A DNA stretch of 64,000 bases from Lytechinus pictus (lineage: Eukaryota). The notes below the pieces were generated by a model. The model was given only the letters and a program-made list of their open reading frames with translations, had not been told where the DNA came from and ran no database searches. Position numbers and translations under genes: made by a program. Below, piece by piece: positions 55,321 through 64,000 of the stretch. The first letter of the stretch is position 1. The number at the start of each line of letters is the position of its first letter. The stretch is taken from positions 13,704,001 through 13,768,000 of the forward strand of contig NC_087251.1 of assembly GCF_037042905.1 (NCBI RefSeq), read 5' to 3'.

Positions 55321-55475
55321 ATAAATAATGATTATTTGTTTTTCATTATTTATAAATAATGATTATTTGTTTTTCATTATTTATAAATAATGATTATTTG
55401 TTTTTCATTATTTATAAATAATGATTATTTGTTTTTCATTATTTATAAATAATGATTATTTGTTTTTCATTATTT
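55321..55475. repeat. 31-bp tandem array x5 in the left foldback arm
   Basis: Unit ATAAATAATGATTATTTGTTTTTCATTATTT. Unit junctions form the palindrome CATTATTTATAAATAATG. Confidence 0.92.
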
Positions 55476-55793
55476 ACAAATAATTTGTTGAGTTTTCCAT
55501 TATTTATAAATAATGATTATTTGTTAAATAATGAAAACGTCTACTTCATTATTTATAAATAATTTTTTCGAGTGCACCATTATTCTCATTATTTATAAAT
55601 AATCATTATTTAATGTTCGAGTTTTCCATTATTTATAAATAAAGATTATTTGTTAAATAATGAAATATTTACTTCATTATTTATAAATAATAATTTTGTT
55701 TCAATATCCCATTATTTATAAATAATCATTATTTATAAACAATTTTTACAGTTTGCCATTATATACAAATAATCATTATTTATATACAAATAA

Positions 55794-55893
55794 CCATTAT
55801 TTATTAAATAATGCCATTATTTATTAAATAATGCCATTATTTATTAAATAATGCCATTATTTATTAAATAATGCCATTATTTATTAAATAATG
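55794..55893. repeat. 20-bp tandem array x5 (mirrored at 58151-58250)
   Basis: Unit CCATTATTTATTAAATAATG, 5 copies in each arm. Confidence 0.9.
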
Positions 55894-56603
55894 GAAAACT
55901 CGCTATAACATGCAAATGTGGGACCGCCCATGATATGAATATTCATGATGCGATTTCCTTTTTCGTGATTTTTCTTCACAAATTTTTGTCCATTTCCTCT
56001 TCATAATGACATTTCTTGAAGCAATTTTCTAGGGATATGGTCTGATTGTAATATTCTTCATTTTCTATATAACTTCGTCTTCGTAGAAATATCAAAAAGT
56101 GTAATTTTATACGATTTTTCCTACAGTTCACAATCCCCATAGGCGCGCGTGTACGGTAGGGACAACCGGTGAATCGACGGAGTGCTCTTCATCGAAATAC
56201 TACGTTGGTTGGTCCCCGGAAGTGGCGGGCGGAATTTAGCCCGAATCCTCGATGGAAGTCGATCAAGTGCATATGAGCTGAGAGAGTGAAATATCAGTGT
56301 ACTTGTACAGGCCCTTCTACTTTTTATAAATATTTCTTGTTGCTTTTTTTGTTAAGTTAATTTTTCCTGGTGTAGAGATAAGTTTCAGTTCTAATAATGC
56401 ACTTCAAATACATTTTGGAGTGTCTGTTTGAGGCGTTTGAGGCGATTTCACCCTGGCCCCAAAATGCTCGCAACGACAATACGGGGGCATGATGACCCCT
56501 AAATTTTTAAAAACTTATTTTTCTATTGAAAATTATCACAAAATTCACCAAAAGTGTGCACGAAAGCCTTCGTATTTCACTTTTAAAACTCCAAAAAGTG
56601 CCC

Positions 56604-57190
56604 AAATGACAAGCTTGGTCGCTTCGCTGTGTCGCTTTCAACTTGAGAACGTTTACGCGTCTGCTCCCCCCCCCCCTCCTCCGAAAGAAATTCTGTATAC
56701 GGCCATGCTCTAAAGAGCCTGGCACATTGATTTATGTATACTTTCATTTTCATTATTTTTATCTCATTATCAACATGGCCTTACGCATAATTTTTTCCAG
56801 GGGGGCCGGGGCCGGAGCATGACGCGCGTAAACTTTCTCAAAAAAATCTTGGAAGCGAGACAGCCACGGGACCAAGCCCAAATGACAAGCTTTGTCGCTT
56901 CGCTGTCTCGCTTTCAACTTGAGAACGTTTACACGCGTCTGCCCCCACCCCCCGAAAGAAATTCTGTGAACAGCCATGCTCAAAAGAGCATATGGCACAT
57001 TGATTTATATGTACTTTTCATTTTCATTATTTTTATCACATTATCATCATGGCTAGCTACACAGAATTTTTACCGGGGGGGGGGGGGGGGGGGGGCAGCT
57101 AGGACGCGCGTAAAGTTTCTCAAAAAAATCTTGAAAGCGAGACAGCGACGCGACCAAGCTCAAATGACAAGCTTGGTCGCTTCGCTTTCT
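56604..57190. repeat. Degenerate ~280-bp tandem modules in the foldback core
   Basis: AAATGACAAGCTT(G/T)GTCGCTTCGCT restarts at ~56604, ~56880 and ~57162. Each module has poly-C/poly-G runs and CATGGC...GCCATG inverted motifs. Confidence 0.75.
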
Positions 57191-58568
57191 CAAGATTTTT
57201 ATGAAAAAGTTTACGCGCGTCCTGCTCCCCCCACCCCCCCCCCCCCGGAAAAAATTCTGCGTAAGGCCATGATGATAATGAGATAAAAATAATGAAAATG
57301 AAGTATACATAAATCAATGTGCCAGGCTCTTTAGAGCATGGCCGTATACAGAATTTCTTTCGGAGGAGGGGGGGGGGAAGCAGACGCGTAAACGTTCTCA
57401 AGTTGAAAGCGACACAGCGAAGCGACCAAGCTTGTCATTTGGGCACTTTTTGGAGTTTTAAAAGTGAAATACGAAGGCTTTCGTGCACACTTTTGGTGAA
57501 TTTTGTGATAATTTTCAATAGAAAAATAAGTTTTTAAAAAATTAGGGGTCATCATGCCCCCGTATTGTCGTTGCGAGCATTTTGGGGCCAGGGTGAAATC
57601 GCCCCAAACGCCTCAAACAGACACTCCAAAATGTATTTGAAGTGCATTATTAGAACTGAAACTTATCTCTACACCAGGAAAAATTAACTTAACAAAAAAA
57701 GCAACAAGAAATATTTATAAAAAGTAGAAGGGCCTGTACAAGTACACTGATATTTCACTCTCTCAGCTCATATGCACTTGATCGACTTCCATCGAGGATT
57801 CGGGCTAAATTCCGCCCGCCACTTCCGGGGACCAACCAACGTAGTATTTCGATGAAGAGCACTCCGTCGATTCACCGGTTGTCCCTACCGTACACGCGCG
57901 CCTATGGGGATTGTGAACTGTAGGAAAAATCGTATAAAATTACACTTTTTGATATTTCTACGAAGACGAAGTTATATAGAAAATGAAGAATATTACAATC
58001 AGACCATATCCCTAGAAAATTGCTTCAAGAAATGTCATTATGAAGAGGAAATGGACAAAAATTTGAGAAGAAAAATCACGAAAAAGGAAATCGCATCATG
58101 AATATTCATATCATGGGCGGTCCCACATTTGCATGTTATAGCGAGTTTTCCATTATTTAATAAATAATGGCATTATTTAATAAATAATGGCATTATTTAA
58201 TAAATAATGGCATTATTTAATAAATAATGGCATTATTTAATAAATAATGGTTATTTGTATATAAATAATGATTATTTGTATATAATGGCAAACTGTAAAA
58301 ATTGTTTATAAATAATGATTATTTATAAATAATGGGATATTGAAACAAAATTATTATTTATAAATAATGAAGTAAATATTTCATTATTTAACAAATAATC
58401 TTTATTTATAAATAATGGAAAACTCGAACATTAAATAATGATTATTTATAAATAATGAGAATAATGGTGCACTCGAAAAAATTATTTATAAATAATGAAG
58501 TAGACGTTTTCATTATTTAACAAATAATCATTATTTATAAATAATGGAAAACTCAACAAATTATTTAT

Positions 58569-58816
58569 AAATAATGAAAAACAAATAATCATTATTTATA
58601 AATAATGAAAAACAAATAATCATTATTTGTAAATAATGAAAAACAAATAATCATTATTTATAAATAATGAAAAACAAATAATCATTATTTATAAATAATG
58701 AAAAACAAATAATCATTATTTATAAATAATGAAAAACAAATAATCATTATTTATAAATAATGAAAAACAAATAATCATTATTTATAAATAATGAAAAACA
58801 AATAATCATTATTTAT
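58569..58816. repeat. 31-bp tandem array x8 in the right foldback arm
   Basis: Reverse complement of the left-arm unit, 8 copies counted, with one A>G variant at 58629. Confidence 0.92.
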
Positions 58817-59025
58817 AAATAATGGAATGTCGAACTATTATTATTTACAAATAATGAAGTATTACTTGGAATTATATATAAATAATTAGAAATGATATTT
58901 TATATAATAGTAGTTATTTACAAATAAAATGTAAATTATATATAAATAATAGTTATTATTTAATAAATAATGATTATATAACAAATAATTGTTCTATATA
59001 ATATTGGTACATTCGGCGCCTCATA

Positions 59026-59500
59026 GCTGGCACCCCGCTGGCATAGCGCATGCATATGGCCCATACCACGCCGCCGGGCGCGCCGGGCCGGCCGGCCAGC
59101 CAGCGCCAGCGGCCGCGACGTACCGGTAAGGTACGTCACGTCACGAGTCGGGCCGGCACTGCTGTATTTGTGTTCATTTTCTCTTCAAAATAATATTAAA
59201 TAACAGATTTCATTCCAACTTATTTTAGACTAGAAGTGAAAGTTGGACACTTACCGTACCGGTACGTACACTGTTAAAAGTGTTAGCAGAGCCCGTACCG
59301 GTACCAGAACCAGAGAACCCAGAGATCAGACGTAGCCAAGATTACAAGATAAAGAATTGTACAGTGTACCGTAGTCCCATATGGTATGTTTTCATGTTTT
59401 GAACTTATGTTTTTTTTAATGGCGACTGCCGCGACTCGCTCCTTCATCATGTTCTTCACACTCAGTCATACACACACGTACACACACAGATAAGCCAGTT
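59026..59500 (-). promoter_or_regulatory. GC/CpG-rich patch with candidate non-coding first exon (donor at 59254) of DAAM
   Basis: 59026-59160 is very GC/CpG-rich against the AT-rich background. A consensus minus-strand donor ACG|GTAAGT lies at 59255/59254, with repeated GTACCGGTA palindromic motifs (~59120, 59256, 59295). Linkage to DAAM and the boundaries are inferred. Confidence 0.4.
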
Positions 59501-59759
59501 CACAGTGAAAAGCTCATGATCATCAAAGAATCTTCCCCAAATCTTTGTTACGATGAACACTAAACATTTTCAAATGAAGATGTTGGATTGTTGCAATCTA
59601 TAAGCTTTAGTACTTTTCCTGAGTGACAGTCACTGACACTGTCAGTCTGTTTTCACAAAGTCAAAGCCAAAGCCTTTGCTTTGGCTTAGTTTAAAGGAGA
59701 TTGTTCATCATGATATTCCTCCCCTCACAGGGAATGCATTATGAATGCCCTCTTAGACG

Positions 59760-61586
59760 TTAGTGATGTAGAAATAACTTCAGGCGATGTTTTTAAGTTG
59801 TCAAATTTGAAGCCTAATATAAGTAATAAATCTGGACCTGATGGTCTTCATCCTTTTCCATTGAGAGAATTGGCTGATGTATTGGCGCTGCCGTTGTCCT
59901 TAGACTTAGTTACTGTTTAACAAGAGTATGGATAGTGGTTTGATACCCTTGGATCACTCACACAACATGCGAGGTTAGTATACTAACCTCGCACAACGCA
60001 TGTGATTTCATAGTGCATTTTGACGTTTTCATTTCACACGAATGTGAGGGACTAAAACACGCCAAACCTTTCAATATTTTTCCACTATGTTAATCTTGAT
60101 CGTATGATTTAAGTTCATTGTAAAAAGGAATTGGAAATTATTTATAAAAGTGTTTTTATCGCTTACCTCCAAATCCCAAACACGATACTTCGTTCGATCC
60201 GTCCTTAGTCATCCTTCATACTGCGGTGGAAATTACGCAAACAACAATCGAAACGCGAATTTTTCCTATCGAACAGTCTAGATTCAAGTCGCCGGCGCAT
60301 AATAGGAAATTGTACCAAAAATCAACAGGTTGCATGTCATGTTGCATAATCGCTGATGGCGCTACATCATAAAATAACGCTGAACAGCGAAAAAAATGCA
60401 GAGCGCCTAGAACGCAACCAGCAGTACAGCTGATCTGACGTAAACGACATAAACAAGCAAGTTTATTAAATAATATCGCGCGCCCTCTCTGTGCGTATAG
60501 AGAGAACCAGCGAATCAGCCCCATGCCTGCTTCGACATCAAGAAAAATCATCGATATAAAGTACCAGAAAGACAGAGAGGAATTGAAATTGGCTTCATAT
60601 CGTTTTGTAAGTTTCATATCCAAAGCTTATCTGATCTTAAATCCATATATATTGCTAATTTAAAATATATAGCCCGAAAGGCATTGCAAGTGCCGTGCAA
60701 GTGGTTATCCTGTGGACGGCGGCGGTAATGTACCCATGGGTGCCCTTGGATTGGAAGTCTGCTAATATTTCACCTATTTTTAAGAAAGGTAGTAAGGCTG
60801 ATTGTAAAAACTATAGACCGGTGAGTCTAACATTAAGCATTGTTTGTAAAATTACGGAGAAGTTAATCTGTGATAAATTATGTGTATATTTAGTAGAGAA
60901 CGATTTAATTTGTGTCAACATGGCTTTGTTGATGGAAGATCAACTGTCACTAATCTTTTGGAGGTGCTTGATGAGTGGACACAGGTACTAGATGAGGGTG
61001 GTACAATTGATGCCATAGACATGGACTCATGAAAGCGTTTGATACGGTGCCTCATCGGCGTCTTCTTAAGTTGGAATCCTTTGGTATCTGTGGGAAACTC
61101 TACAAATGGCTTATGTCTTTTTTAACGGGTAGACGGCAGCGTGTAGTTGGTGGAAAATCGTCATCCTGGGGAGAAGTACTGAGCCGCGTACCGCAAGGTA
61201 GTGTGTTGGGTCCAACCCTCTTTTAGGTTTTTGTCAATGATCTGCCAAATGTTAAGTCTAATATTGTAATGTTTGCAGATGATACAAAGATGTATGTACG
61301 TTCTGATAGTGTTGACGGTGTCAAACAACTCCAAAGAGATATCTCCCTTCTAGAAGGGTGGGCTGAAAAATGGCAGCTACGATTTCATCCTGATAAATGC
61401 ACCGTCTTAAAGCTAGGAAAAAACAATACAGAAGAGCAGACCAAGTATTACATGAAAGGAGAGTCTAATCTTATTACTCTTAAGGAGGTACAAGCAGAAA
61501 AGGACCTAGGGATACTAATCGACTCAAAGCTGTCTTTTAAAGACCAAGTGTCACAAGCAGCATTAAAGGGTAACAGAGTCCTAGGA
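59760..61586 (+). pseudogene. Decayed CR1/L2-group non-LTR retrotransposon ORF2 (reverse transcriptase) fragment, interrupted at 59955-60742
   Basis: Motifs across frameshifts: GPDGLHP, WKSANISPIFKKG, NYRPVSLT, QHGFVDGRST, KAFDTVPH, VPQGSVLGPTLF, FADDTK, WQLRFHPDKC, EKDLGILID. Boundaries are approximate. Confidence 0.9.
59955..60742. mobile_element. Unclassified 788-bp insertion with 9-bp TSD inside the LINE
   Basis: Perfect direct repeat CCCTTGGAT at 59946-59954 and 60743-60751. Removing the insert restores LINE ...SGLIPLDWKSAN. Ends are CACTCA...TGGGTG, with a 26-bp perfect palindrome at 59968-59993. Confidence 0.8.
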
Positions 61587-61589
61587 AAG

Positions 61590-62330
61590 GAGAGGAGGAC
61601 ATATTGCAATCATCATTTCAGAGGAATGCCTTGACTCATCATTCCAAAAATTACTTTGAAAACCTAAAAAACATCTTATTCTATCAAGCACACAGTTTAC
61701 CCAATTTACCAAAACTTGGAAAAAGTGGTATCTGCACAGGTTTGTCTTCGACATCAATCAATTTGGTCATGCATGACACAAATGGTACAAATAGGGTATC
61801 AAGGTGAAGCTGAGAAGTTTCTCTTTCACATCCATGCAGAATAATTTTACGAAGGGCAAGTCCAAGAATAGGTCACTCTAGAAGACAAAATTTCATCTTT
61901 ATTCTAAAAACTTATCTTTGGTGGGTTAAGAAAGCCCAAATGTTGAGTTTCATTAAGAAAAATGTAATAATATGCAAATTTATGCTAATTTGGGGCACCT
62001 AATTTTCATAATTGGTAAAATGGGCATCACGTATGGGACAATGATACAAACTCATAGAAAATCAAAACAAAACTTGTGAGATTTAGTCATACACGTAGGT
62101 GGGACATGGACCCCCTAACATCTTATTACTTTTGGGGGAAAAGTGGTGTCATCTACTTAAATATGCAAATTAGGTCTTGTCCAAGGATGGAATGTCCCAT
62201 ACGTAATAAAATTTTAGGATTAAAAAAAAAAGTTATTTCTCAGAATACAATACTTGTATTATTGCATCTCTGGGAAGTTCTAATTTATTGAGTAAGAAAA
62301 TGTTATACCACAAAAAGTTTCAAAAATATA
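61590..62330. mobile_element. Probable non-coding DNA element that truncates the LINE and hosts the Tc1 (continues after 63893)
   Basis: LINE similarity stops abruptly near 61586 and the sequence begins GAGAGGAGG. The motif CGTATGGGACA recurs on both sides of the Tc1 (62030, 62193 reversed, 63932, 63951). Confidence 0.4.
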
Positions 62331-63891
62331 CACTGTTGGTCATAAAGGTGGAATAAAATATGTTTGAATAAAAATTGACAGTTTTGTTGGTATTTGAAAG
62401 GCTACGCGTAGACGAAATGGTAATTGTGCGTGATTACATAATGTTTCCCCATTACACAGGTGACATAACATGAGAAATTTGGATTACGTAATAAAACCTT
62501 TTGTTGTAGACTATAAAAGCCTATGCATATGATATTCTGTCCCTTTCCCTGATTTAGCACTGTGTATAAGAAGGTTGCATTTTTTCGAGTTCCTTGTACC
62601 GTTTGAAATAAAAATTGGTAGAGACGTTCCCTGGACTATGCCTGGTCCAACGGCAACAGCAACACGCGAGAGAGTGGTAGCACTGCGACATGAGGGCTAC
62701 AAGCAGACTGATACCGCAGAAGTCCTAGGGATATCACAGAGTGCAGTCTCTAAGATCCTGAAACGTCAACGTGAGGCGGGGAATGTGCGGCCACGGAAAT
62801 CTCCAGGACGTCCCAGATTGACCACAAGAAGAGATGATAGCCAACTGTTGAATTTCAGCCGCAGAAATCGGAAATTGCCCACGAGCCGTCTTCGTCGCTT
62901 GTGGAGGAGATATCATGGGATCAACGTTTCCCGGTCAACCGTTAATCGCAGATTGCTCTTACATGGTTACCGAGCACGACGGTTTAACAAATGTCCACGC
63001 CTGTCTGTTCGCCACAGAGTAGCTCGTCTTCTTTGGGCTAGGGAGCACAGAAGGCTTCATCCAGGACATTGGCAACATGTGGTCTTCACGGACGAGAGCC
63101 AGTTCATCCTTGACCGAAAGGATGGGAGACAACGAGTTCGTCGATTAGCCGGGGAAAACCTTCGCGATGAATGTATCCACGAGACGACTCAAGGCGGAGG
63201 CGGCTCAGTGATGATATGGGCCGGCATCCATTATGGAGGGAAAACGCCACTGGTGGTTCCGGACGGAAACGTCAACGCCGCCGCCTACAGGGATATCTTG
63301 GAGTTCCACTGTCTTCCTTATGCAAGACGAGTGTATGGGCACAATTTCCGACTGCAGGATGACAACGCTAGACCGCACAGGGCCGCTGCAGTAAGGGAAT
63401 TCCTGGAGGCAGAGGGCGTCGTACAGTTGCCATGGCCAGCTTGTTCGCCGGATATGAACCCCATAGAGCATGCATGGGATGCCCTAGGCCGAGCCATCAA
63501 CGACAGAGAGGTCATTCCTGAAAATCTGCTGGAGTTGGCAGATGCTCTGAGGGAAGAATGGGACGCTATGGCTGTTGATGTCATCAACAAGCTAGTGGAC
63601 AGCATGCCACTACGTCTGCATGCGCTGGTTCGTGCCAGGGGTGGACATACCCGATACTAGTGACTGAGTAAGAACAATGACTCAAGTTTGATGCAAATTT
63701 GTCCATGAAATCACAAAAAAGAAGTCATCTGGAAAACTGAGAGTGATTGAAAATAAATATCTCATGATCCTTTAATTTACTGTATATTGTCGTCATTGTT
63801 GTTCTATGCTCATGACATCCATCGCTTAGGACATAAACTTTTAAATATTTAATTATATATAAAAAAATATCCACCTTTATGACCAACAGTG
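62331..63891 (+). mobile_element. Full-length Tc1-family DNA transposon (1561 bp)
   Basis: Perfect 22-bp TIRs CACTGTTGGTCATAAAGGTGGA at both ends, TA TSD (62329-30 and 63892-93), an internal intact transposase ORF, TATAAAA at ~62512 and AATAAA at ~63692. Confidence 0.96.
62638..63660 (+). CDS. Tc1 transposase, DD34E, 340 aa
   Basis: From ATG 62638 (the ORF track starts at an upstream TTG): N-terminal HTH region, GRPR motif, VFTDES, QDDNARPH and WPACSPDMNPIEH, with 34 residues between the second D and the E. No stops or frameshifts. Confidence 0.95.
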   Translation: MPGPTATATRERVVALRHEGYKQTDTAEVLGISQSAVSKILKRQREAGNVRPRKSPGRPRLTTRRDDSQLLNFSRRNRKLPTSRLRRLWRRYHGINVSRSTVNRRLLLHGYRARRFNKCPRLSVRHRVARLLWAREHRRLHPGHWQHVVFTDESQFILDRKDGRQRVRRLAGENLRDECIHETTQGGGGSVMIWAGIHYGGKTPLVVPDGNVNAAAYRDILEFHCLPYARRVYGHNFRLQDDNARPHRAAAVREFLEAEGVVQLPWPACSPDMNPIEHAWDALGRAINDREVIPENLLELADALREEWDAMAVDVINKLVDSMPLRLHALVRARGGHTRY

Positions 63892-64000
63892 TAGTTTACT
63901 TTTTTATTAAAAGTTAATTGAAAAATTGTTACGTATGGGACAACATGTTACGTATGGGACATTTACACACAGTGTCGATGGGGAGATTTGTGTACAAGTG

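Larger units (their letters stand above)
55112..59025. mobile_element. 3.9-kb foldback-type non-autonomous DNA transposon (giant inverted repeat), IS3EU-like ends
   Basis: Termini TATGAGGCGCCGAATGTACC...GGTACATTCGGCGCCTCATA. Arms ~55112-56851 and ~57191-59025 are near-identical reverse complements. Flanks GCTGAC (55106-11) and GCTGGC (59026-31) form an imperfect 6-bp TSD. No credible ORF. Confidence 0.85.

Noticed and set aside
55300..55900. Palindromic repeats as a possible CRISPR array
   Set aside because: Units are contiguous tandem repeats without unique spacers, there are no cas genes, and the context is eukaryotic.
56489..57555. Mirror-image ORFs in the foldback centre
   Set aside because: They arise from the inverted repeat and G/C runs and show no recognisable domain.
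55095..59042. 17-bp TSD for the foldback element
   Set aside because: Better explained as a pre-existing 11-bp tandem repeat plus a 6-bp duplication.
62575..62637. N-terminal extension of the transposase in the ORF track
   Set aside because: It starts at TTG. The ATG at 62638 gives a typical 340-aa Tc1 protein.

Overview
AT-rich, repeat-dense eukaryotic (metazoan) genomic DNA. The style of the repeats suggests an echinoderm such as a sea urchin, but that is inference. Most of the window appears to be intronic sequence of a minus-strand DAAM-family formin gene. Two coding exons are recognisable (22347-22192 and 17246-17157), and a candidate non-coding first exon/promoter lies near 59.0-59.5 kb. 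The introns carry many non-autonomous DNA transposons (MITEs) with readable TIRs and TSDs: PIF/Harbinger-like, Kolobok-like, Tc1/mariner-like, AcademH-like and unclassified 8-bp-TSD elements. The right end holds a nest of insertions: a decayed CR1/L2-type LINE interrupted by a 9-bp-TSD element, then an intact DD34E Tc1 transposon (62331-63891). The most unusual object is a 3.9-kb modular foldback element (55112-59025). It has ~1.7-1.8 kb near-identical inverted arms built from 31-bp and 20-bp arrays of a palindromic motif, TAT...ATA termini and an imperfect 6-bp TSD (IS3EU-like). It sits 22 bp from a 214-bp near-perfect hairpin element in a GC-rich, promoter-like patch. TACATGTA, which matches the classic Tc1 excision footprint, is strongly over-represented. 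Nearly all short ORFs in the supplied track look spurious. Superfamily calls rest on terminus/TSD rules only, with no database search.
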